Shown: positions 1 to 12,990 of the stretch, piece by piece
Layout: each line of letters begins with the position of its first letter
Numbering within the stretch: the first letter of the stretch is position 1
Assembly (NCBI GenBank): GCA_951406725.2
Contig: OX597828.1
Span: forward strand, 75,392,001 to 75,456,000
Direction: 5' to 3'
Length of the DNA: 64,000 bases
Source: Octopus vulgaris
Lineage: Eukaryota
Translations under genes and position numbers: made by a program
Notes under the pieces: generated by a model
Told to the model about the DNA's origin: nothing
Databases searched by the model: none
What the model saw: the letters and a program-made list of their open reading frames with translations, nothing else

Positions 1-248
1 ATATGCATATTTAATATATATTAGTATATGTATTTTGAATATGTATGTCGAAGTAGTATATGAATATATATGTGTATGTATGCTTTTTTTTTATCTCACT
101 CGCCTTGTGTGTGCGTTTGTGAGTTTGTGTATGTGTATATATATACACACACACACATCACATACATTTACATATACATATATATATTATTATATTTCTA
201 ATACTATATATAACTCTCACACATTGTGCGTGCAAAAGCGTAGCAATA

Positions 249-298
<50 letters not shown>

Positions 299-706
299 TT
301 CACGTAGAAATATATGTATGTGTGGATGTGTATCAGTGTATGTGTTTGTCTGTGTGTTTCTGAGTATATGTAGATGTGTGTGTTTTTCTTCTTCATAATC
401 GAAAATAATATCTCCCGAGTCTTTACACCACCAACATTACTACATTAGTAAATAAAGGTAATTATTTATCGGATTAACTTCACCTCAAACATGATTTAAT
501 ATCCCAAAAGCAATAATATTTCGCTTATGAGTTCGTCTTTGAAACTTTCACTCTGATCTTTCTGTTTAACTGGTTTCTTTTTATGAATTTCACGCGTGAA
601 AGACAAAGAAATTGTAACATCATTGGTTGTGTGTTGGAGTAAGGGAGGGGTGTGCTTCTGTAGTCGTGTCTGCGTATGTGTCTATTTATGTATATATATA
701 TATACA

Positions 707-739
<33 letters not shown>

Positions 740-1055
740 CTGTGGAGATTTCATTGTATATTACGCTCTATAGGGAGTCGAGATATAATATTCTTTGGAA
801 CTAATTCAGATGGTTTCAACCAGCTTTCCTTCGAATCTATTTTGGCAGCGCTAGCTTCGCAATCATTGCAAACAATGATGAAAATATTGTAGATGAATTA
901 CTATTCTGTACGGATTAAGCCTGATATAACTTCACAGTGTCCCTTGTCTGTTTGTGTGTCGATGTGAATTCGCAGGTGGTCACGTCATTAGCGTACATGG
1001 TGTTGTTGTTGTTGGTTGGCCCCAAGTTAACTCCGGTTTCGTCATTAATATATAC

Positions 1056-1348
<293 letters not shown>

Positions 1349-2184
1349 TGGGGTTTTGTTTTTGACGACGGGGTTTTCTTTGACAAGGCATGATTAGACG
1401 AACACACGCACACATAAAATATTTTTCTGCCGCCCGACGGATCTTACAGCAGTGACCATTGTGTAGAGCTGTTTACCAACTGACAGCCGCGCGATCAAAC
1501 GCACACACGTACACATAAAATGTTTTCTACCCCTTGACGGATTTCTCGGCAGTGACCAGAATGTAGCGCTTCTTGCCAACTTGCGCCCGTACACATATAT
1601 AGAACAGTAAACACACACATGTCTCTAAGTAGTTTTTGTGTCGCCCCATATAATACATCTAATATTCTTTAAATAGTCAGAACTTTACTCTCGGTCACAA
1701 AGAACATCTACACACCCCATGCCCTCACCCACCGAAATGACCGCTGCCTGACCCGTTAAAATCTTCAACGCACCCACCACCCGTTTTCAGCATACACTGA
1801 TAAACAGTTTGGCCATGGGCTCTTAGGAGCCTAGTTCGATTTGTTTTGCTCCGCCTCTGTTCTGTTTTTGTTTTTTCCAACGGATTTCCTATTTCTTCCT
1901 GAAGAGAAAGACACAATATGGTCTCATTATTCAATCGGAATTTGGTAAGTTGTGCCTTTCGAAACACGTGTAGAATGAAATAAAACGATTTATGTTCAGT
2001 CTTCGTTCAGCTCCATTTCTTCAATTCACTAATAATATTAAAATTCAATTATCCGCACCAACGCACGGTTGCAACACCATATGGTTGTACCTCCAACCGT
2101 GCTGTCTTCTGCTGTGATTTTTGCTACCAAGGTATCGGTTAGACTTTTGATTAATCTGCAACAAGATTATTCATCTTTCTATTT

Positions 2185-2237
<53 letters not shown>

Positions 2238-2382
2238 GTATATAGATCTATCTATCTATCTATTTCGTTGCTAAACCCTTAATTGCTTAGTATTATCTAT
2301 ATATATATATATATACGTATATAGATATATATCTATATATATATACGTATATAGATATATATCTATATATATATACGTATAT

Positions 2383-2451
<69 letters not shown>

Positions 2452-3284
2452 GTATATATATATATATATAGTGCCATACGAAGTGTGTATACGGTCAAAA
2501 GTTTGTTTTCTTTCTTTCGCTACTGGAATGGTACTTAATAATAGATGTAACATTCTCATTGACATCTAAATGAAGTTGTTGCTTATTGTTTAGCCCCAAG
2601 TCATTCTAGACTGAGTAGACTCATGAACAAGAAGTTCAAGCTGTGGCCATTCAACCAATTTTTGTTGTCCGGGAATAATGTACTGCGCATTGAATGAAGC
2701 AACGTATCTTTTCGAAATGGCTCCCAGCAAAAATTGCAGAAATTTCAGCGACAAATTCGACAAAGGCGAAATTTCTTGTTCTTTGACGCCTAAGGGGTGT
2801 GTAAATCACACGGAATTTCGCCGGTCTTTCAACCACAGCTCTGATGTGACTTATATAAATGGATTGAATTGTTTATAGATCAAATGATATATATAATTCG
2901 AAACAAATTCCTGGCTCTTTTGGGTTTTTAAAGAATTATTTAATGTTATCTTATATTATATAATATTCTTAGTATATTATGTTTATTATAATATTAATAA
3001 ATTATTGGATTGTCAATTGAATCTATCTATTTAATTTATTGTTTATATAAACACATACACATAGATACATGTATATATGCACATATATATATATATAGAT
3101 ATATGGTGGTTGTCTACTCCTTATGCAGAGTTTGACCACCTCATGTACTTATACTTTAGCACCATCATGCCATTTGATGTGGCTTTTTAAACCATACGAT
3201 GTTCTGAAAAGACGCCCACACAGATTGTTGCACTTCGATCTGGACCACCAAGAGCTGCAGATAAGTTGTGTTCTTTGTGGATCT

Positions 3285-3346
<62 letters not shown>

Positions 3347-3356
<10 letters not shown>

Positions 3357-3676
3357 TAAATTAGAGACAAAACCACTATTAGGCAAATCAAACAATGAAA
3401 AACTTAAGCCAATACATATGATTAATTTATATTATTTAAATATATAACAAAATTATTAAAAAAATATAAGTGATATTAATTATATTTTTTTAATAATTTT
3501 GTTATATATTTAAATAATATAAATTAATCATATGTATTGGCTTAAGTTTTTCATTGTTTGATTTGCCTAATAGTGGTTTTGTCTCTAATTTAATATAATA
3601 TAATATTTTACTATAAAATTGGATTCAATCCTAAATCTGATTTTTCCCTGTAAGTTTGGATTTATTCCCTAATATT

Positions 3677-3680
<4 letters not shown>
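3347..3680. repeat. Perfect inverted repeat (123-bp arms, 10-nt loop) plus ~80 bp unique extension, embedded in (TA)n; probable TE-derived fold-back
   Basis: 3347-3469 is the exact reverse complement of 3480-3602 (e.g. ttagagacaaaaccactattaggcaaatc / gatttgcctaatagtggttttgtctctaa); the loop is gtgatattaa. Confidence 0.9.
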
Positions 3681-3718
<38 letters not shown>

Positions 3719-3789
3719 ATATATACATATATACACACACATACATATATATATACACACACACACATCAAGGAGGAAATATTCTTTCT

Positions 3790-4050
3790 CGACTTGACTA
3801 GAGTACACACACTGCGCATAATGTAGCCACTTAAATTGTAATGAAAAGCCGCACCATGAACTAAAAGGAAACGATTTGTGCTCCACATGTCGAAGATTAG
3901 CCTTAATATGTTGCTCAGCGAAGCACCAACACTTGGAACTAGTGTTTGTGTGGTAGAGTTTATTGGATTGCAAATATTCAAGACCGGGTCTCCAATCTGA
4001 GGATAATCCCCTCCCTCCGAACACTCTTGGAAGACTCTGAAAATGGCCAT
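3790..4050 (-). mobile_element. Possible highly decayed LINE (CR1/L2/jockey-type) reverse transcriptase N-terminal fragment
   Basis: Translation FRVFQECSEGGDYPQI...NPINSTTQTLVPSVGASLSNILRLIFD...NRFLLVHGAAF loosely follows the LINE RT pattern 'F..SL..G.FP..WK...DP.NYRPISL...SKILE.II...N.LL...Q.GF'. Confidence 0.3.
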
Positions 4051-4585
4051 GTCTGCTGCCTTTTATCTTCAAACTAATAATTCGGATCTTTAATTATTGT
4101 ATCATGTCACTCTCCAGGAAAATCAGTTGTGCTGGCTGTTATTGTTAATACCTGGCAGAACGGACCTATGATTAAGGACAATCCACTATGGCCTACCTGT
4201 CTGACTCGTGTATCATGAGTTTTTACGGCTATGTAGTCCAATGTGTTCTTCACTTTTCAAAGCTGGAATGTGTGATTTGGGGGGATATATGGCTGCTATT
4301 TCTAAAAGGTCAAGCCGTCACGTAGAGGCACTCACAAGAATATATCATTGTGGGAAATCAGTCAGATAAAAACATTTATTCCAAACGAAAGAGAAATCTG
4401 CAGTTATGGACCCTGGGGTAGATTTATATTTATACATATAACTATTAAGAGATTTGGTTATATAATCCATGACCTCAGCATCAATCTTGTGAAGGTGGGC
4501 TTCGCAAAACCAGAAGTGGGGGGGCCAGCTATGAAATTTAGTTTCTAGTTAAAATATTCCAGAAGTTTAGCATGTAACAAATATA

Positions 4586-5222
4586 CAGGGTGCGGCGGAA
4601 ATAACGCTCTTTCTTATTTGTATTTCTTTTTATAGTTTTCTACTTGCAAAAGAAAGGTGCACCAACTCACTATGGCCTCAACGCTCGGGAATACTTCAAT
4701 CTTAACTTTGATGGGAGGTGTATAGGGCGATGTGGAGTAATTGAGTGACCATCACAATTACCAGACCTAACACCACCTGATTTTTTTCTTGCAGTGTGCG
4801 TTGGAGAATTGTGTTTATTCCCTGAAACCGAAAACGATTCCTGAATTAAAACAAGCAATTTCTGATAAACTTTCTCCGATTAACGTGGAAATGTGTGAAA
4901 AGTTTTGTAGAAGTGTTGCTGGAAGGCGTTAGTATTGTACAAAAAACGAAGGAGAGGCTTTTGCACATTTTAATTAAACTTATTATCTTAATGAATTACA
5001 TTGTTTTGATGGGGCAATACTTTATAAATTTCTTAAAACTACTGCAACTTATGTTCGTTTAATTGTATCTTCTTTTTCGTTTCTGTAACTTCTCGAATTA
5101 ACTTTTGTATTAGAAGAATCAATAAATGGTCGAATCAACCTTAATAAAAATCAATAAATAAAACAACTTTTGTACTATAAAAATTACTAAATAAAAAAGG
5201 GCGTTAATTCTGCCGAACCCTG
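4586..5222 (+). mobile_element. Internally deleted Tc1/mariner (DD37D/maT-like) transposon fossil
   Basis: Imperfect ~27-bp TIRs (CAGGGTGCGGCGGAAATAACGCTCTTT vs reverse complement of AAAGGGCGTTAATTCTGCCGAACCCTG), with TA on the left. The decayed C-terminal transposase reads GAPTHY..REYFN..F.GRCIGRCG.IE*PSQLPDLTPPDFFL and KPKTIPELKQAI...GEAFAHF. Confidence 0.85.
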
Positions 5223-5298
5223 CATATACCCAAGCGTGCAGACAGATGTATGTTTTGATATCACAGTGTCACAGTATTGGCCAGGCCTTCAGATAACG

Positions 5299-5590
5299 TT
5301 ACACACCGCTGATCACAATGCGTTTCCAATTTTGTCTTGATTGCACCATCTTTTCCGTACTTAATAAAATCGTCTTCTCATCGTCGTGGAGGCGATCCAA
5401 GTGGCCTTTTCCGATATCTTGAATACCACTCGGCAACTGAAAGGGTCCACCCAATGTCTGTGAACCTTGCAACCTGTCCCACACAGCGCATCTCTGCGAT
5501 CACATCGTTAACTCTGCTCCAGTCTTCAATTTTCCCATTTTGAATGTGCTCTTTTAGTGATATTCCTACCAACCACGCCAATCCTTGCAC
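5299..5590 (-). mobile_element. RTE-clade LINE 3' fragment (decayed)
   Basis: Translation LVGISLKEHIQN..I...SRVNDVI...VGQVARFTDIGWTLSVAEWYSRYRKRPLGSPPRR matches the RTE C-terminal pattern (GHVAR..D.RWT..V.EW.P...KR..GRP..RW). Confidence 0.75.
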
Positions 5591-5595
5591 AGACG

Positions 5596-5642
<47 letters not shown>

Positions 5643-5880
5643 TCAGAGATACATACGTACATATATAACTATATACAAACATATACATACACATGAATGT
5701 ACACGCATATATATACGTATGTAAAAACATGCTTACCAGGGTATACACAACGTACATAGATATATATACACGCATACTCATTTACATACTGGCCTATATA
5801 GCCACATATCCACATATATAAAAATTCACACACGCACACACACATGAATACATACATGTATACACACAAACAAATGCATA

Positions 5881-5939
<59 letters not shown>

Positions 5940-5963
5940 AGGGTAGGACATATATGTATAATA

Positions 5964-6126
5964 GGCACAGGAATAGCTGTGTGGTAAGTAGGTGTCTTAC
6001 CAACCACATGGTTCCGGGTTTAGTCCCACTACGTGGCACCTTGGGCAACTGTCTTCTACTATAGCCTCGGGCCAACCAAAGCCTCGTAAATGGATTTGGT
6101 AGACGGAAATCGAAAGAAGCCCGTCG

Positions 6127-6182
<56 letters not shown>

Positions 6183-6650
6183 TGAATATATGTGTGTGTG
6201 TGTGTATATGTTTGTTCGTCTGTCTTTGTTCTCCTGCTAACATCAATTTCTTTACTACCCACAAGGGACTAAACACAGAGAGGATAAACGGATTAAGTCT
6301 ATTATATCGACCCCAGTGCGTAACTGGTACTTATTTAATCGACCCCGAAAGGATGAAAGGCAAAGTCGACCTCGGCGGAATTTGAACTCAGAACGTAACG
6401 GCAGACGAAATACGGCTACGCATTTCGCCCGGCCTACTAACGTTTCTGCCAGCTCTCCTGCCAACATCGCTTGACAACCGATGTTGATATGTTAACGTCC
6501 CCGTAACTTAGCGGTTCGACAAAAGCGGGCGATAGAATAATGTACTAGGCTTACAAAGAATAAGTCCTGGAGTCAATTTGCTCGACTAAAGGCGGTGCTC
6601 CAGCATGGCCACAGTCAAATGACTGAAACAAGTAAAAGAATAAAAGAATA
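5964..6650 (+). mobile_element. SINE family A (tRNA-like head, internal TA/TG microsatellite, AAAAGA-type tail), interrupted by a family B SINE
   Basis: Head ggcacaggaatagctgtgtggtaag...ggttccgggtttagtccc (Pol III A/B-box-like). The shared body cttgggcaa-tgtcttctactatagcctcgggcc and the 3' end ggcggtgctccagcatggcc-cagtcaaatgactgaaacaagtaaaaga recur in more than 12 copies in the window. Confidence 0.92.
6245..6454 (-). mobile_element. SINE family B (tRNA-like head + Nin/Deu-like central domain) nested in the family A copy
   Basis: Reverse complement reads gagctggcagaaacgttag...gagttcaaattccgccgaggtcgactttgcctttcatcctttcggggtcgat. It is flanked by TSD ctcctgctaacatc (6231-6244) / ctcctgccaacatc (6455-6468). 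Confidence 0.92.
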
Positions 6651-6667
6651 TATATATATATATATAT

Positions 6668-6930
6668 GTGGAGGCACAATGGCCCAATGGTTTGGGCAGC
6701 GGACACGCGGTCGTAGGATCGCGGTTTCGTTTCCCAGCGAAAACATCTAAAGCTCCACGAGTGGTGGCGCTCCCTGCTGAACTCTTTCGCCACAACTTTC
6801 TCTCACTCTTTCTTCTGTTGGCCTGCTCACTTAGCCAGCGGGGTGGCGTCATTTGAAGGCTAAGACAATGCGAAGCGCATTGTGACCAGCGATGTTAACA
6901 ACATTTGATAGCCTGGTTGATCACGGTGAT
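6668..6930 (+). mobile_element. SINE with family C head but a different 3' tail (internally deleted)
   Basis: Head gtggaggcacaatggcccaatggtttgggcagcggacacgcggtcgtaggatcgcgg matches the copies at 45192 and 58860. After ...ctctcactctttcttc it diverges into tgttggcctgctcacttagccagc...gcgcattgtgaccagcgatg...tcacggtgat. Confidence 0.85.
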
Positions 6931-7709
6931 ATATATATATATATATATACCGACTTTGCTCACAAGCATTCATGTACATATTTCCGTCTAAGAATTCTAC
7001 TAACCTTTCATATATTGTAATACAAATACATGCACATACACACTGATATGCTACATAACCACATATATACACACATAAATATACCTACACACACACGCTA
7101 ATATAATGCGTAGGTATATACACACTCAAGTACGCCTATGTGCACATATATATGCATACAATTACACCTCTATACATACTTGCACACACTTCTGTGTGCA
7201 TAGAGTGAGGCCCATTTATAAAAATCTCCAGTTTGTCTGGAAGTTATTTATAGAAATAAAAACAATCAGTTTTGTATTCCGACCAATTTCTCAGCCCGAA
7301 ATAGAAGAAGAGTTGACATTTAGGCAAAACTGAGAAAGAACTTTCGATAAAAGACGAGGTTGCTGCTGCTGCTGCTGCTGCCGATATTGGTGGTGGTCAT
7401 GGTGGTGTTGGTGCAGTGCTGCTGTGTACGATAATCATGATTACTATGGGATGAAAATGTTGGCGACGGTCACGAAGACAGTAACGTCAGAACACACACA
7501 CACGTACACATGGCGTTGGTACATGTCTGTAGGGGTGTGCGTTAGTTTGTATGAGTGTCTGCTGGCTTCAGTCGACAAACCAAGTCAATATTTTACGGCA
7601 CTGGCTACTTTACATTTTTCCTCTGTTATTTCTAACGTGGCACCAATACAAATACATGCATTCCAAATATACACATATGCTTGCATATATACACAGATAC
7701 ACGTATTTT

Positions 7710-7746
<37 letters not shown>

Positions 7747-7869
7747 CTTACTGCAATGATAACGTCTCCGTTGTACAGATTTCAATAACGCGAAGGAATC
7801 TATTAAAATCGTTCGTGGACCAAAAAGTGAAATTGCGAGTAAGAACATAGACCGATTTAGCTCTCTCTC

Positions 7870-8164
7870 TGGTTCCGGGGTTCAGTCCTACTGCGTGGCA
7901 CCGTGGGCAAGTGTCTTCTGCTATAGGCTCGGGCCGACCAAAGCCTTGTGAGTGGATATAGTAGACGGAAACTGAAAGAAGCGCGTCGTGTGTATATATA
8001 TATATATATATGTAAGTATATTTGTGTGTCTGTGTGTGTGTGCGTGTGTGTGCGTGCGTTTGTTTCCCCCGCTATCGCTTGACAACCGATGTTGGTGTGC
8101 TTACAAAGAGTAAGTTCTGGGGTCAATTTCTGCGACTAAATGCGGCCACAGTTACTGAAACAAG
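7870..8164 (+). mobile_element. SINE family A, 5'-truncated and internally deleted
   Basis: ggttcagtcctactgcgtggcaccgtgggcaagtgtcttctgctatagg...agacggaaactgaaagaagc...atcgcttgacaaccgatgttgg. Confidence 0.85.
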
Positions 8165-8266
8165 GGCTAAAAAGTTCCTGGCTTTGGGTAAAAGAAAACA
8201 GAGGAGGATCAGATAATTATGCTCCTCTCAAACTCACACACCTATTGCAGCGATAGACATGATATA

Positions 8267-8478
8267 CAGAATGTCTATAAATTATCTTTACAGCTTTTAC
8301 AAGACATTGAATAGTTGTGTTGCGAGCAACCAATGGAACCCATATGGAAGAGTTCTGAAGTTCCCCATAAAACTTTATATATTTTTATCTATGTCTTCCA
8401 ATAAACTCTGCTGAGTTATCCTCATTTGTCACTTTTTTCTAAATTTTTCAAATTGCAAAGATCATACTGGACACCCTG
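8267..8478. mobile_element. Tc1/mariner-type MITE
   Basis: TA-flanked, with imperfect TIRs cagaatgtctataaattatctttacag... and ...ttgcaaagatcatactggacaccctg (reverse complement CAGGGTGTCCAGTATGATCTTTGCAA); no coding capacity. Confidence 0.55.
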
Positions 8479-10586
8479 TATATCGAAAAGGCCCAGCTTA
8501 ATACTGCGGTAGGTACACGACTATACACGTTTCAGTAGGGAGATAACATGGCTCCTTTCTTTGAATGGTCTACGGTTTATGAGAGAATGTTAATCTTTGC
8601 AAAAGCTTTATTTTTAACCCTGTCCAGTGTTTACTCATATTGTTTAAGAAATAAATGGTGTGAATGCCCAGTTTAATACAATGTTACTTTTACAAATGAA
8701 ACATCAAATAAGTTTATTAGTTTCTCGGAAAGCAGATCCATAAGGAAAGACCAAGTGGTTGTGTTCGTGGCAGGCATATATAACCGATATAGAAGCAGCA
8801 TGGGAGGTACGAAATGTGTTTATGTATATAGTGCTTATAAATTCAGTAAATGGCCTTGTTATATTGGTAGTGGGGCGGGGCATCCATATTGCAAATCCTG
8901 AGCAGGTTTATTCTTCCTACTCGGAGTGAAACGGGTTTCCGGAATTTCAATAGATTTTTGTCAAAGTGCCGACTCTTTACAAAAGAAACTTGTAAAAAGT
9001 GAGTTTTACTTCGTTCTAATCGATAATCATAATCAACGGCTTAAGGATTGTGAATTTATGTTGCCCTTAATTCAGGCACAAACACATATCAACCGTAATA
9101 TAATAAACAATCAACAACAGAGCCTTTATCAACACTAAACCTTGTCCTCAACCCACTGGTTTAAAAAAGTCTAGTAGAATAATCTTTGACTTATCTTTTA
9201 TTTCCCAAAACTGTTTTATATTAAAATAATGGTTTTAGTAAATACCAGCTTCAAAAGTACCTCAAATGATCTGGCGCACACTCTCATACTCATTATATGT
9301 AAAAACCAACATGATTTAAAACCGTCTTGAGTAGATATACATCTTCTCCTCGATCCCAGTAGCAGGGAAATTTGAAGCAGATGCTGTTTAACAGTGAATT
9401 ATTGTACCATATCAATTATGAAAAACGTAAAAACATAGACACCAGTAAAAGCAACAAAAGGCAAGTGTGCATGGGTGCAGGATTTAAAAGTCACGTAAAG
9501 AATCTCAAACTCACAGCTCAAACACTTACTCACTTGCATGTGTTCCTTTATATTGGAAATCTCTTAGTAACTACACTAATATATAAATTATGGTTGACAT
9601 AACTGTCGACAATCTTGGCCTTGCTTGCTACTGGACATTTATTTGTTGGCATCTGGAGAATGATATATGATTTCATACAACTGTGTCAATACAATTGTGT
9701 GTCACTATCAACCAAAAACGCACAAAGATTTCATCTGGAGGCGGCTATTATCTGGTAAGATGAAGTAATTATCACATATGTGTGTGTTTGCTACGTAACA
9801 CACAACGGTTTTATATATATAGCTTTCAAAGAGCAGCTCGGCACTATCTAACAATTTCCTCAACCATTTATTATCTATCATGTTATAAACAAAGTAATTT
9901 TCTTTGCATCAGTGTTTCCTCACTTCCCCCTGTTAACACACACACACACTCTCTCTCTCACGCTCTCTACCCCTCTCTCTCTCTCTCTTTCTGTCTTTCT
10001 CCACACACATACTCAAACTCATGCACGCACACAAACACACACGTACATATACGTATGTATGAATGTTCCTTTAACCACCCCCACAAAAAACACATTCAAT
10101 TCAATTATCTGTGTCCACAATAAGTTATAGTTTCCAATTTTTTTCTTCACCATATTCAAACGACCATACTAATAGAAACATACAAAACACCACAAAATGA
10201 TTTCAAATCGTCTCATTTGATATTTTCATTTTAGAAAATATTTTATATATATTTTTTCCATAATATATTAATATATATTATACTGTTTTTTTCTTCTTTC
10301 GGTCGTCTCAATCGCTTTCACCATACATTCAATATATTCAACAACAATTTCAACATTAAAAAAATTATGAGGAAAATGGGGGGATAAATGTATTGAACAA
10401 AAATAAATCAAGTTTTTCCATCAGAGTTCTTGCTTTTATTTATTAAATATATACTTCGGAAAATGAAAAATAATAAAAACATAGAGCATGAAATAAGTAT
10501 GTAACACCAGGCTACATCTCTTTCTGTCTCTATCACACCCTTCCTTTGTGTGTGCATGTGTACGTATGTTTTGTATATATATCTGT

Positions 10587-10654
<68 letters not shown>

Positions 10655-10902
10655 GCTTATATATATAAATACATATATGTATGGAGATATGTATACATAC
10701 TTGCGTGTATGCATACACATGTACATATACGTTATATATATATATATAGTGTATATATACATATAGTGTATGTATATATAGGTATGTATGTATATATATA
10801 TATATAAATATATATATATACAGACACACACAACCATACACACATATAATACATAAATATATAAAGTACTTATATGTGGATATTTATATATACATGAATA
10901 CA

Positions 10903-10957
<55 letters not shown>

Positions 10958-11255
10958 TGTCATTAATATTTTCTGTTATACACACCATTTACTTTCATCC
11001 ACAATTTTTTCATTTACATTTTAATATTCTTTTATGGCGAATATTTTCTGATTTTATGTTTTTTGTCATCTTATTTTCTTCCCTTGCTTTATCTGACTCC
11101 TCTTTCTCCTCCTCTTCTCCTCCCCTTCATTTCAGTCCTCCTACTCCCACCTTCACCATCCTTCCCTCAGAGCCTCCAGTTATAGTCTTCTCCGAACCTA
11201 ACTTCACAAAAAGAAATTAACCAATAATGGTGTTTTTCACTTTATACACTCACGC

Positions 11256-11318
<63 letters not shown>

Positions 11319-11720
11319 ATAGTGTGTGTGTGTCTGTGAGTATGTGTGTACGTGCATATATACATAGACACCCCTCAACAAATATAAAATTCATATTAAA
11401 ATGAAACTTCTTAGGACAGCAAGAACTATTTCATGTGTAAAATATTTATAAAGCACTCAACGAGGAGAACCAGAATATGAACGAGAGCATTGCTATGTGA
11501 AATATATGATGTGTAAATCTATTTAGTACATTAAAATATTACCCGAGGCAATAAACCCACGTGGCCCGACGCACATGTGTTTCTGACGCGTGTGTCACTG
11601 CCAAAGCTCATTTAGCTCCCATATTTATTAGGTACAGGCTGCAGAGCAAAGGTCAAACAAAATACACGTTAATATGTACATACATAAATATGTAAATGTG
11701 AAGCATATGATAATGTGTAC

Positions 11721-11752
<32 letters not shown>

Positions 11753-11765
11753 GTCTGTCTGTCTG

Positions 11766-11822
<57 letters not shown>

Positions 11823-11936
11823 GTCTGTCTGTCTGTCTGTATCTATCTATCTATCTATCTATCCATCCATCCATCCATCCATCCATCCATCCATCCATCC
11901 ATCCATCCATCCATACACCCACCCACCTATCTATCC

Positions 11937-11980
<44 letters not shown>

Positions 11981-12001
11981 GTCTGTCTGTCTGTCTGTCT
12001 G

Positions 12002-12061
<60 letters not shown>

Positions 12062-12116
12062 CATCCATCCATCCATCCATCCATCCATCCATCCATCCAT
12101 CCGCCCACCCACCCAC

Positions 12117-12213
<97 letters not shown>
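11721..12213. repeat. Compound (ATCT)n/(GTCT)n/(ATCC)n/(CT)n microsatellite
   Basis: Direct reading; it explains the SIYL/SIHP ORFs. Confidence 0.97.
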
Positions 12214-12215
<2 letters not shown>

Positions 12216-12559
12216 ATATATATATACACGAAGGGAAAACGAAAGGTTGTAAAAAGAACCGAAAGACATTTTTATAATTCAATCGCAACTACAGTCAACG
12301 TCGTAAATATCTTTATATAAAGAATTCAAATTTCTAAAAATTGGCAATAAAAATAAATCAATTGTACTTAATGAGTTTGATAAAAGTGACGCTGAAATAC
12401 TTGGAGAACAAAAATAACAAAACCATTTATAAAAAAGTGAAGGTAAAAGACAAAACTCTGCCGCGATTAGGATAGTAATGTATTTAATGTCAAGATCACG
12501 TGCTGAATTAGCATAAATGAACATAAAATTAACATAAATAAACTAGAATAAAGCTTTAG

Positions 12560-12990
12560 TTATACAACCGTCACTTAGTAAAGATGGTGACGAATTTAGT
12601 TTTTCCAGTGTGTGCCTGTCTTGAACGCACGTACGCCAGGGCAAGATAGTTTCATGCCTTGTTATAAGCATTTAAAATGGTATGACATGCGTCCTATTTC
12701 AATGTATTAAACAGTATGAGCTGTGACAAATACACAGTTTATTAGAAGCAATGTGTGAATGTATAATGAGAGGGAAAATGTCAGCAACACAGAATATCCT
12801 ATTAATTGGTTGTAGGGGAAATTCTTTTTAATATGTCGGCATTTTGGGTTCGTAGTTCTGGCATAACGTGACAGAAGAAATGTGATGAAGGTGGAAACCA
12901 CAGTATCGAAGTTTTCATCTTGGCATAGACCGTAGTTCTGTAAATTCATGACAACAGACCAATTCTTGGGAAAGAGCTCTCTGATGAAGA
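12560..12990 (-). mobile_element. Possible highly decayed Penelope-like linker/endonuclease remnant
   Basis: Translation NYGLCQ..NFDTVVS...LLS...TNPKCRHIKKNFPYNQ loosely follows the PLE pattern SYSC..N...II..HN..LL....CNCR.K..CPL. A ctgatgaag motif lies at ~12981. Confidence 0.3.

Noticed and set aside
740-910. Possible exon (complex sequence with short open frames on both strands)
   Set aside because: No recognisable homology and no convincing splice-site pair.
1725-1967. ORF ending ...QCMLKTGGGCVEDF, reminiscent of a Tc1 C-terminus
   Set aside because: No DDE/SPDL motifs or TIRs were found nearby.
5997-6276. Recurrent peptides such as RRASFSFRLPNPLTRLWSARGYSRRHLPKVPRSGTEPGTMWL and FQSFDCGHAGAPPL
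   Set aside because: They are antisense translations of SINE family A, not a gene family.
8164-8252. Possible end of a mariner-like element (aaaagttcctggctttgg...)
   Set aside because: There is no partner TIR in the window; recognition rests on memory only.
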